Below, piece by piece: positions 52,581-64,000 of a stretch of 64,000 nucleotides of DNA. The DNA lies in the NCBI RefSeq assembly GCF_036321535.1, contig NC_087437.1, positions 109,308,001-109,372,000 on the forward strand. Direction: 5' to 3'. The notes under the pieces are model-generated. The model searched no databases. It was given only the letters and a program-made list of their open reading frames with translations, and had not been told where the DNA came from. Origin of the DNA: Camelus dromedarius. Taxonomy: Eukaryota. The translations under genes and the position numbers were made by a program. Each line of letters begins with the position of its first letter. Positions within the stretch are counted from its first letter, which is position 1.

Positions 52581-55500
52581 TCTACAAAATTGGCTATGAC
52601 TACATTTCACCAGGATTGGCCTTGAGAAAGCAGAAACTGCTGAATCTTCTCCACACTGAATTTGGTGCTCAGCTTCTCAGCTCTTTTTGATGTGTGTGAA
52701 GGGATAGAAGCCAGGTTCCCACCAGGGGTCTAACGAAGCAGAGGCAATGGCCAATGAGCAGCAATGTCTCATTGCCTACAGTCACTTCTGAACATGGGAC
52801 TCAGAGAGAAGTAGGTGACTGATAACAAGAACATCCAGGCAACAGAGAAAGAGAGAGATGAAGCAAGACAAAACTTTACTTCCCAACAGTTCTCTAGGGT
52901 CTTTCTGCATTTTCTCTTCTAGCGGACAGAATTCTGCTTGCTGGTGTTTGGTGAATTAAATTTTGCCCTTAGAGACGTGCACAGTGCTCCCTTGACTCCA
53001 GTGGGAGTCATGGACCATTTGGTCCCATAGACATCTGTGCTGGCTTCAGGCAATTTAACAAACTCCTAGACAGATCCCAGTAAAGTGCTCTTTAATGGGT
53101 ATTAATTCTGGTGTAAGGGCAGGTGCTGAGCACACCTAAGTCCTTTCTTTTCCTTCAGGTTTAGTAAGTTTTCTTCTTTTTACGGCTTGATAATTACTGC
53201 AGCCAAAACCCTGAGTCAAACAGTATTAAACCCACTCAAAGTCAAAAGATGTCTGCTTTTATTGATCTCAGTTGACCTGTTTGCTCTCTGGGTTCTAATT
53301 TAATGGCTCAATTGATTATTCATTTGCATTTTTAAAGTCTTTGTGAGCAATATCATTTTAACATGAATCGTCTCTAACTTAATGGGCAAAATACAAACAC
53401 ATTTTGGATTTCCAATTTCAGCGAGTATTATTGAGCAGCTGAGCTCAGGTGGACTTTATAAGAATGAAAAGATTTCAGTTTCTTGTAAAAGGTAATAGAA
53501 GGGATAGTTCAAATTTTCTCCTGTGCAAAATGGACATCAGTTCTGGGCACTCACCTGAAACCGAAAGAGTGGTTAGGTCATCACCTTTTATGTTATGCTC
53601 TTGCAAATTATAATTTGTCTAAACACAACTTGAAATCTACAACAGTTACGCTCACACCCTTGGTTGAACTCTTTCTTAAATTAAATCCTGACATTTCAAT
53701 ATTATTTATTGATTTGTTTTCCTCTTAGATGATCCTGCTTTGCTGGAAATGGTAGAGATAGTGAGAGAAAATTATGCTATAGAGGGTGTTACACAATGAG
53801 AAATAGTATTATTTTGTTAACTCATGGAATTCTCTATTTACAAAGGTACACAACATGGAAGACCTGTCTACACTTATGTTTACAATGTAGTATATGTTAA
53901 GGCTCTTTAAAAATGCTTATGGAACTCATTTGATTGTACGTTTTCTTCCTTTACAGCAGGCAGGTGAAGCTTTAAAACTATGACTGCCTGTGGCTTATCC
54001 TTCCTGGTAGGACTGTTTTGAATATAATGTTTATAAATTACACATCCAATCACCTACCTTCACTTCTTTCTAAAATGAGACGAGGTTTAAGAAGATATAT
54101 AAATGCATATTTCCAACCAGAATAGTCACCTTCATCTGACAGTTTAAAATGAATCCAGGGTTTAGTGCCAAACAGAGGAGGCTCACTATTCATTCTCTGA
54201 GGAATAGTTAAGTGCTAGCGCTTGGTGAAAAAGATAGCAAAAACAGGAAATATTATTAAAAAGTTCAAAAGCGCTTTGCTTTATTAATTGTCACTAGTAA
54301 TTTTGTTAGTCTTATTACCAAATGTGTGGTTCAAGGAAAGGAGCTGGTTTCAATTCTTGAAAAAAATTATTCAGAAACTAAACAGTACTATTCCTTTTCC
54401 ATGTAACTGCTAAGCACGTTCCTAGATGCCAGGATTATGTTAGGTAGCCGATCATAAAAATAAATAAGATAAAATTCCAAGTGTCAGGAATTCCTAGTCT
54501 CATAAACATGGAAACAGAGAATTGAAATGTGATATAATGCTTCTATTTACAAAGTGCTGCTAACTCCTAATGTGGTCCCACGAGCTGTAAGAAAGCAGTG
54601 GTATTTGAGTGTGATCACGGACAAGGAGGGAGCTTACCACCTTGAGGGTGTGTGGAGGATCATGCAAAGTGAGGGGCCAGCCTCAGAAAGAAAGAATCGG
54701 GGTGGACTTGGTAGTTAAGGATGGGCTCCTCATCAGAGCTGAGGTGTGAGTACAGGGGATGTTGAACAGCTAGTGCCTGGGTTAATGAAGATGAACGTGG
54801 TTGAATGATGCAGAACTTTAAATCGGAAGGACTTGGACTTTCCCATGTAGACACCAGAGAGTCACGGCAGAATTTAAACTGGATAAAAAGGGTCTTGAAC
54901 TCCAACAAACCTCAAAATGTAAACAGAAGCCAAAGGGGGAAGGTGCCAGTGAAACTTCAAATGGGGGAGAATCAGAGAAATGTCTAGTGAGGCGCAGAGC
55001 ACCACATGTCTGCCTTCCTCCTAAAATGAGCAGGTGGGACAAAGCAGGCCTTCTTTAGGGCTCATTGCTGGGGGTTCTTAGTCCTTCCCCACAAGATGGT
55101 TAGCTTTATTGATATAACTTCTGTTTTTGATATGACTTCTAATTAGATTCCTCTACCTAGTTTAGAAACTTTTCTAGACATTTATGTAGCTACTCATTGA
55201 GCTGGAATCATTTTGTGGTCATTTTCAAAATGTCTCCCCATTCTTTAAGGAATGGAGTCATGGTCACAGTCTTGATAGAGTTGGATACATTAAATTATAT
55301 CTTTAATATTCAGATAGATTCCAACATATATCAATAAGGTGATATTTCTTTTTAAAAAGTGCCCTTAAGTTTGATGATGAGAAGGTCATCAGAAAGGATC
55401 AACTCACCAGAAGGAACTGGAATTCCTACACATGGCATTCCTAAATTAGAATACTCAATTAGCTTCATATAAGAGGGCATTTCCATGCACTCCACCTGGT

Positions 55501-55581
55501 GAGTCTGATGCATATGGAACACTCTGGTTCCCTTTTTTCAGACCAGACGTGGCTAAGTGAGGTCTTGTGTGAGTCCCATAC

Positions 55582-55839
55582 CTGTGCTGTCTTCATACAC
55601 CACGGTCACTGTTTTCCAGTTGTAGTAGAGGACCAGGTCCAGGACCGCCCTGCTGATGGCCGCATAATCTGGGTAGAGGTTGATGTAAAACAAATCTTTG
55701 TTGTCCACCGAGGGGTGTTTCCAGCGAGTCTGTATATGTGGAACTTCTAGAGCGTTGCAAATAGACTGCACAGCACTGACAGAGGAACTATGGGAAGGAC
55801 CAAAGAGAGCAGCCACACCAAGAGCCAGCTGGTCACATG
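55582..55839 (-). CDS. GRIK1: GRIK1 exon 3 (258 bp): [86 protein letters not shown]
   Basis: Acceptor CATCAG|CA, donor ACAG|GTATGG; phase 1/1; inside ORF 55553..55930. Confidence 0.97.
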
Positions 55840-56619
55840 CTGATGTCCATGGACAAAGAGTGGGTGGAACGGGAAAGCAGGGAAGGGAGGGAGAAAGAGA
55901 CAGTTCTGTGAATGTAATCTTTCGTTTCATGATTCCTCTTTATTTTCACTATTGGAAACTTTCCTCCACTCTCCCTTATATGTTGAAGAAATATGCTTAC
56001 TCCAACTCCCAACATCCCTGGGAAACTAAATACTAGAGATGTAAATGTAGAAATGATTAGCAACATGTCACAGGGCCAATGCCTGAAAATAAAATGAGTT
56101 GCTGGTCTCACTTCATTACTTTTAATCAGTCTAAATCCCTTGTTTGATGTGTTGTTACCCAGAAGCACTCGGAGCTACTCTACAAGCCATATGCCAAGTG
56201 AACATCATGTGAATTCAGTTCTGTCTATGGCCATGTGGCGATAAAGATATCAACGTGGTCATCAAAGTTAGGAGGCTCTCTGGGTGGCTGCAAAGTACTT
56301 AGTTCCAGTCTCCCCAAAACTTGGAAAGGAGTTCCAGGCTATTAAAAAATTGCTAAAGAATGTTAAGTGATGCTGATACCTAACTAATGACAGAAGAATG
56401 GAGCAGCATAGCTTAAAGGGATCTTAGAAAACAATTGGTCCAGCCCACGAATGTCACAGGCAAGGGAGTGAGTCAGGACCAGTGGAGAAGGGCAGAGCTG
56501 CAGCAGAGCCCAGGAACCCAGAGCAAGGTCAGGCCTCTTTCCACCTCAGTATTAGCCACAAAGTCAAGTCAGTATGGACATAAAAATTAACTTTTCACAT
56601 TTATTTACTTTTTGCATTA

Positions 56620-57190
56620 TAAGAATATATATACACATTGAGATAATTTAGGATACTTATAAGTGTAAGGAAGAGAAAAAGGCTCTGAAATTCCACCATC
56701 TGGGGATGATATCTATTCATATTTTGGTGTTTCAATTTGTATTTTAAAAAAGAACATAGTATAGATACAGTTTGATGCATTGCTTTCTTCATTGAACACT
56801 CAACTGAACACTAAAAGCACACCCTTTTCTCCAGGTCATTACAAATTCTTCAGAAGTATATTTTAGTGTCTGAAGAATAGCCTATTCCATAAGCATATCA
56901 TTACTTAACTATTCCTACAATACTGAGTATTTAAGCTGCTCCTAATGTCTGGTTATTATCAGTAATATTGTAAGCACTTATCTTAGTTCTTATATTTTTT
57001 CTGAATTTTCCTTTACTTTCTGAGAGTAGATACTCAGCTATAATTAAAGGGTATTGATATTTTTAAGTTGCTTGATATGCATAAACTAAATCCCCTTCCA
57101 GAAAGGTTGGGACAGATTATCTCCTACAATCATGTGAAATAGTGCCAGCTCATTTTCTGCTGGCATAAATTTATGCTGGCATTAAGTATA
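56620..57190 (-). mobile_element. Old L1ME-type fragment
   Basis: gagagtagatactcagctataattaaagggt...ccccttccagaaaggttgg pattern typical of antisense old L1. Confidence 0.55.
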
Positions 57191-57905
57191 AATTTAGAAA
57201 CATTTCAAACTTTTATTTTAATGCTAGTTTAAAGGAATTTGGAACCACTGAGAAATAATAGTTGAATATTTGAATTAAATAATAGGAAAATTTATCAATG
57301 ACACTTTATTGCTTTTTAAAATAATGTCAATCCACAAATAAAAATAAGTAGAGAAGTTACACAGCTTTGTCAAAATTACCTGACTTGATTCAGAGAGAAA
57401 ATTAATACATGACATTTTGAGAGTCATATTTCAAATATCAATGGGATAGCAAATGTTGACTATCATTCACAAGGAACTTTCAGACGCTGTGCTCTTTGGT
57501 ACTGAATTGTCACAAGAGATGAAGACATAATTTTGGACATTATATGTTAGAAGTTAAAACTGTCCTCAGAAGCTCATTTTCTGGATATGTTTTCATTGGT
57601 TAGCAAGAAAAAAATGAGTGCATGAGCGTGTGTGAACTGTTGTTTTATGTAGCGGGGGGCAATGGACTGAGCTTCCTGCTAATATTTAGCTCTGAGATGC
57701 TAATACGACTTGACAGAAAATCAATCCTTTTGAATTCTGTTTGCCAGCAAATTACCAGTTTTAAGAAGCTTTGGGGGTGTTTAATTTACAAGTATGGCAG
57801 GTACTTCAGATCACAAAAATGCTTTGGATTTTGTGTAGGTTGAAGTATTGTTAAATGTGGTTGGCTTTCTGGAGTATTTACTCATTAATGTTTTGTGAGA
57901 GAGTG

Positions 57906-57906
<1 letters not shown>

Positions 57907-57936
<30 letters not shown>

Positions 57937-57990
57937 TGCTTCTGAGAGAGAGCGGGAGACTGACAGAGAGGGAGATACAGAGAGAGGGAA
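57907..57990. repeat. (TG)n followed by a GA-rich tract
   Basis: Direct reading. Confidence 0.9.
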
Positions 57991-58762
57991 TTATGCGAAG
58001 ATGCCTTGTAAACTTTAAAATACTGTATAAACATAAGGTTTTATAATTTGTTCATAGACAACTCTGACCTGTAGAGTATCTCGAAATCCACTCATCTCTA
58101 AAAAGAAAATATTCTAATACTAAGATCATGCCATAGATTTAAAAAAAATCATTATACTATTCAGTTTTCATCTCTGCTTCCAGGAAAACAAGTTTTACAT
58201 TTTATTTGTGAAGAACACTAAGAATCTTGCAGAAGAGCGTGTTAGGTGAACACACCCTACAGTCCTAACTGAGTTTATTCTGTGCGGAAACAACCAGCAT
58301 TCGGTTACTCAGAAGTCAGCAGGAACGCGGTGCTTGTTGCATTCCGTTTACTTGTGTGCTTTTGTTGGGCAGAGCCTTTCCCCAGGAGAGAAGGACCCCC
58401 TCCTGCTCTGGGACGACCTTCCCGCACAAACACCCGTATGGAGCCTCCACAAGTCCCTAGTTAGAGCCCAAGCTTCAAATATGCCGAGTGTGGCTGTGCT
58501 TCAAAGGGTCACCTTGGAAGCGTCTGGGGGACGTGTGAACGAGCCCCACAAGGCCAGTGATTCTTTCCATGAGACAAAATTTGCTGCCTGCACGCAAATT
58601 AGATTACTTTTTGGGAACCTGTTTTCCGTTCAGGAGAAAAAGAGAATCAAATGCCGGGACAGTTCTCACCGATTTAAATCTTCTCTGACACCAAGTCCCC
58701 TGCTTTATTTATGTATTTTTTAAATTGTATGAGTCCATACATTTATTTTCTTACTTTTCCCC

Positions 58763-58848
58763 TTTTTAAAAAATTGCATATTGGGGTATAATCGACATGT
58801 AACATTATATTCGTTTCAGGTGCACAACATAATGATTTGATTTTTGCA
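58763..58848 (-). mobile_element. L1 3'-end fragment
   Basis: ttggggtataatcgacatgtaacattatattcgtttcaggtgcacaacataatgatttga. Confidence 0.7.
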
Positions 58849-59344
58849 ATCCTCACATTTCTATAATCTTGTGGAAAGGAGTTAAAAAAAAAAAAAGTAG
58901 AGAAGATGCTAGGTAAACCCAGTAGCTCATAACCTGTTAAAATTCAGGGTGTATGTTCTGTGTGTTGTGGGCATTTCCACATGCTCGGTGGGTATGACCT
59001 CCACAAAGTTTTATTTGACTGCACTGTACAATTTCATGGTGGTATCTCAGCCTCAGGAAGGAACAAACAGATCAAGCTTGACATTTTCCATTCACAGCTG
59101 AACCAGTTAATCATAGAGTGGAGGGCACTGAAGGGTAAGGTAATCAGAAAGGCCCAGAAAACAGAGCTCGGCGACATCCATTAGGGTGGTTCAGACTGCG
59201 CTGGACAGCGACATCCAGACAGATTTCCTGCAGCCCATTTGCACAGAGATGTCCACTTTGAAAAAGGGAAGGTAGCAAGAAGAAGGTGACTTGTAGAGCA
59301 GACCTATCACCCAAAGAAGCTTTTAAAAGTGTGAAAATAGTTAC

Positions 59345-59512
59345 CTCTCCGTGAGGCTTCAAAACTATCAAAAAGGTTAATTCTCTGGATGTCATAGGTT
59401 AATGTAGTGTTAGGCATCAGGGTTCGATTTCTGTTAATGCTGGTGACTGCAAACTTGAACGCTAATTCTTCAACATTAACAGGTTCATTTTCCACAGTTT
59501 CAAAAATCCCTC
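59345..59512 (-). CDS. GRIK1: GRIK1 exon 2 (168 bp): (G)[55 protein letters not shown]
   Basis: Acceptor TTCTACAG|GA, donor AGAG|GTAACT; phase 1/1; peptide matches the GluK1 mature N-terminus. Confidence 0.97.
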
Positions 59513-62500
59513 CTGTAGAAGCAAAAGAGATGCATGAGAAGCATTAGTTACATTATTTGTTTGCATTTTTAAAATGAAGAATACAAATAATCAAAACAAA
59601 AGGCCCAAAAGAAAAAGTACAGAAGTGGGCAGAACAGATCCCACACCCAACGTTAAAAGTTAAGTTTATCAGCATATTTCAGATGCGGATAAAACTTCAT
59701 TTCTGTGTGCTTAAGATTTCAAATCCAATATTGGTCTGTGTAATACCTATTAGATGGCAAATACATTCCAGATATTTAGCACCATATAAAGTATAATTGA
59801 TGAGATGATGGAGAGTGATTTTTGACAGTTTGAAAATGAATCACACGGCGGTGAACCTAAACACAATTTGAGCTGCATTCTGGTAGGGCCATCCATTTTA
59901 AGAATGAAATTTCTTCTATTCAGAAACAGACATTCTAGACTCCAGAGGGATCACTCAGAGTTGAGTGGGGTGAAAATGAGCCATATATGCACTTAGATTT
60001 TTTTTTTTTTTCAGAATGAAAACATGTCTTCTGTTCTTTGTGGCTTAGAATTCTGGGGTCATATTCTAGTACTTTACAAAGTGCATGGGCAGATTCAAAA
60101 AGCTGTGGATTATTTTTGTTTGTTTCATTGTTTTGAGAAACTAGTCCTGCCCCAAAGCAAACCTGCTTCCCATCTTTGGAGAAATAATTCCTCCACTCAA
60201 CAAACACTTGCACTCAGCCTCTGATCTTAAACATGAGGATCCCATCACAAACAATACAAAATATCAAAATATCAGCGCTTAAAACCTCATTCAGCTCTGA
60301 CTCTGGTGTTGATAGAGGCAATTTGAGTATTATTAACTGTACATTCTTAACGTTCTTTAAGAGCTGTCCTGGGATTATCCACAGACACAGAACATACAGT
60401 AAAGACTCTTAACTGGCCTCCACTTAACTTACTCCTTGACTGACCAAGAATCCTCACTTTCTTTGAAAAAGCGTATTAATCAGTATGCATAGAATACTGA
60501 ATACTTATAACTAGTGGATTGTTATTCATCTGCTCTTACTATTGAGTGATTCCTTATTTAAGGTCAGTCGTAGGTGTTTAGCAAACTTGTGTCTGTTAGA
60601 TTGATTTGCAAATGCTTCGATTTCTCTCTTGACTCAAAAAAAAAAAACACGCAAAAATCTGAAACTGAAAATTACAAACATCACAGGCACAAGTATGATT
60701 TATGTATATTCTTTCTAAGGAAAAGAACCCCAATTAGTAGACTGTCATTCAAAGAAGTTACTTTGATCCTATTTTGAAAGAATAGTAGACAAATACTTAT
60801 CTATCATTTTTAAGTTAAAATTATTTGGGGGGAGCAATTTCTTTCTAAATAAACTTTCTCTGTTAAATAACCAACCAACTAGTGCCAGTTTTTAGGAGCT
60901 ACGAGGTTTTTGGAAATGTCTCTGGCTTTTATAGACTGATGTATGAGATGAATGTGGAAATAATGTCTCTGTTCTCAGAGAAACCAGAATTGAACACTAT
61001 GTAACCATGTATGTGACCATGTTAACCTTTTCCTGTGGAATCATGTTGGATGTTTATTGTAAAATCAACCTGAGTAATATTCTGTTCTTCGACTTTGTCT
61101 TTTTCTTTTGTCAGATGATGATAAGCAGGTCCTGGGGGAGGGAAGGAAGGACTTTCAGTTTCTCTCAGAACTGTTAGTGGATGCTCAACAGTGAGATGGT
61201 AAGCTCACACAATAGACACTTGGTCACCAAAAGAAAATGAACATATGATGGGTTGACTGCTACTATCCAGTTGACCCACAATTGGAATTAGCCCCGACTT
61301 AAGATCAGAAACTTGTGTTAGGGCTTCCATTGCAATAATTAGCAATTGCTTGTTTATTGCCCATCTCCCCAGGGACATGGTGAGAACTCTCATGAAGATG
61401 GACTATATCTTATTCAGAATCACCATCCTTATGGAGACCAAAGGATCTTAAGATGTTCAGCCTGCAACTATTTAGGAGAAAAGTTAGCCATTGGTACAGA
61501 TGTGAGCACCATTAATCTCTATAAGGTAGGCTGGTAGGAGGGAACGAATACCTGAGCTGGAATCAGAAGTTCTGAATTTTGAACCTCAGTTCACCTACTT
61601 TCTCTCTGAAAAGACTGTTTAAATATCAGGAAGAAAGTTACTATGAAATAGCTCTTTCGCTATTAACATTTCATTTCAGCCTTATAATAATCAAGGTAGG
61701 AGGTAGTATTCCCATTCCTATAAATGAAAAAGTGAAGAGAGAAATCACACATCTTGCCCAGGTTATTCAAAATCACAAAGCCTTGTCTAGGACAAACTTA
61801 GATGTTTGGTTCTCATATATATCATTACTATTTATTATTATATAATATATATATGGTCACTTCACCAGGTTACTGCTGATGTCCTTCAGCTCTAAACATG
61901 GGCCGACAATGCTGACTTGCTTACTCTGGAGAACTGCTCTGTAAGGGAAATAATGCAATGCAGTGAAAGTTCCCTGAACCCTCAATCATGCCCCAGAAAC
62001 AAGTTAGTATTACTACATGTGGATAATAAGAATAAAAAAGGGGAACTGGCACTTGTTGAAGAACTGCCTGCTTACCTCAAAATCCCCCCTTTGGTATAAA
62101 GCTGTCCTTTAAAGCTGAATGTACCTGGGTTTAAAAGAATATCAACCGTTTCTGTTACGTGCTTAGGTGGGTGTGTAGGTAAACCCTATTTTGTCATTTT
62201 GGGGACAATTGTCTTTCATTCCTTCACCAAATAAGCATTATAAATGGCATCATTAGCTCAACACTCCAACACACTCTCCTTTTTTCCTAATAGAGGAGTG
62301 CTGACAGATACCAAAAACCTACAGTGAAGTGAGGTATACACAGGACTGGGGAAGCCCCGAGAAAGTGAGATCTCATAGAAACAGAAGAAAGTTATTTATA
62401 GGAGCCAGACCTCATTCAGGAGCAGACTCTAAGAGTCAGCCACTCCCCACTCCTCTTCCTTCTCATAGCTGCCAATTTGACAAAATTGAGTTTCAGCGTC

Positions 62501-63446
62501 TTTGATAGGAGGAGTTGAGGGACGCACACCTAAGGACACGTGCATTCTTTATTCATTTATTTTTGAGATTTGTAGGTGTGAGCTTGTCAGTGAGACATTC
62601 GAAGTCTTTGGGGCTCTCCGTGTAATCAGCTTCTGAATGCCCGGGTTCCACGGTTTCCAGAGGAGGAACTCCGACCTCGTTCCTTCCTCTGTTCCTCTTC
62701 CTTATCTGCTCTTGTCTCTCCCTTTTCTACCCATCCTGTTCCTTTTCTCCTAAGGTCAATTCTCTCTCTTTCTGTTACTTAAGCTGAGCTGAGCATGACT
62801 TCTCTTATAACTTCGATGGGCCATGGAAGGTTTAGAAAAAGCAAAGCTAAGAAACTAGCTTAGTTTCAAGGAAGAGAGGTGGAGCTCTCCCTCCCACCCC
62901 GACCGCTTTGCTTTTTTCTAAATTGTCCCAGCCAAGTCAGTGTGTGAGGAAAGTAAGCAGGAATTTGTGAGTTCCTCAAATGGAGGCAAGGAACCAAATG
63001 AAGATTAAAAAAGAGCTTTTTTTTTTTTTTTTTTTAATTGTAACTCTTGAGAAGTGGAGCATGACAGATGGAGTGCAGGAGGGTGAGAAACCTCCACGTC
63101 CACGTGCCTGGGCTTCCCATGTTCACTTTCATCTCTTGCAGTCACACCTCACATGTACCCAAAGTGTAAGAAGTATTGTTAGCATCTTTCACATAAACTA
63201 TTTTTTCTATTTTTTTGGGGGGTGGGGGCTCAAGCAATGGAGGATGTATTTATTGTCAGTTGTCATATATGGACAGATTTACATTGAAATGATTTCCCTC
63301 TGTGATTTTTTTAAAATTATTTTCATTCAAAAATTTTTTTCTTTTTCTATTTTTATTATATGAACTATATAAAAATATTTTCTGTTTTCTGTTACATGAA
63401 TAAGATTGAGTACAGATCATAAATTAGTCCTTCTAGACTGGCCATA

Positions 63447-64000
63447 TGTGATATTGTAATTTATAATAAGAAATGTATATTTGGTCTCCAACCTCGTTTC
63501 TGGAGCTAAACTCCTAAAACCCTTGAAATTTCTCAAGTGATGAGATCAATAAAGGAGTCTTTTGTTATATTAATGAGGTGGCTTTTGGAAAACACCTTAG
63601 GATGGAGGCTGGTTGCTAGGAGAACCAACCATATGACTAGAGGGTTGGAAATTTCAGTCCCAGCCCCTTGACTTCTCCTTGTAGAATTGCCTGCTCATCT
63701 TGAAGTTGTTTCTTCAGTATAAAGTTGTCTTTTAAAGCTGCATGTACCTGGGTTTAAAAGAATAAACCAGCGAGGGGAGTGGGACTGGAGACTGAGTTCA
63801 GTTGCCAATGGTTAATGATCTAATCAACCGTGCCTATGTGATGACTTTACAGAGTTCAAAAGAATGGGTTTTGGAGAGCTTCCAGATTGGTGACCATGTG
63901 AAGATTTGGGGAGAGTGGTGTGGCTAGAGAGGGCATGCAAACCCACACTCATTTTGCATACCTTGCTTATGCATCTCTTCCTGAGGTATATCTTTGTGCA
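63447..64000 (+). mobile_element. MER21-like LTR, truncated by the window end and interrupted at about 63678-63764
   Basis: tgtgatattgtaatttataataagaaatgtatatttggtc...ctcctaaaacccttg...gggttggaaatttcag...ggagactgagttca...gagagcttccagattggtga. Confidence 0.8.

Larger units (their letters stand above)
17660..59512 (-). other. GRIK1: GRIK1 (glutamate ionotropic receptor kainate type subunit 1) gene body, coding exons 2-7; the gene continues past both window ends
   Basis: Six minus-strand exons join in one frame into a peptide matching the GluK1 ATD. Introns are 3505, 9490, 16312, 3241 and 8325 bp. Confidence 0.98.

Noticed and set aside
59190..59212. RE1/REST-like right half-site GGACAGCGAC near exon 2
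   Set aside because: The left half (TCAGCACC) is missing at canonical spacing.
1..64000. CRISPR arrays, operons, rRNA or intact autonomous transposons
   Set aside because: No regularly spaced repeat-spacer array, long ORF or rRNA-like sequence; this is mammalian intronic DNA.

Overview
Mammalian genomic DNA lying entirely inside GRIK1 (kainate receptor GluK1/GluR5), transcribed on the minus strand. Six coding exons are present, corresponding to exons 2-7 of the human model as I recall it: 168, 258, 182, 54, 174 and 144 bp. They splice in frame (980 nt) into most of the extracellular amino-terminal domain, from [11 protein letters not shown] to RFMNLIKE. Exon 1 and exon 8 onward are outside the window. 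The 54-bp exon is absent from the ORF track. The rest is intronic, with old interspersed repeats (L2, MIR, hAT MERs, MLT/MER21 LTRs), a few younger L1 3' fragments with target-site duplications, a tRNA-derived SINE resembling camelid Vic-1, and microsatellites. Repeat family names come from remembered consensus motifs and their boundaries are approximate. I cannot support a wholly new biological system here. The best leads are a GC 5' splice site on exon 7 with a CTCF-like site just downstream, a candidate 51-nt poison exon in intron 5, and a locally templated insertion inside an LTR.
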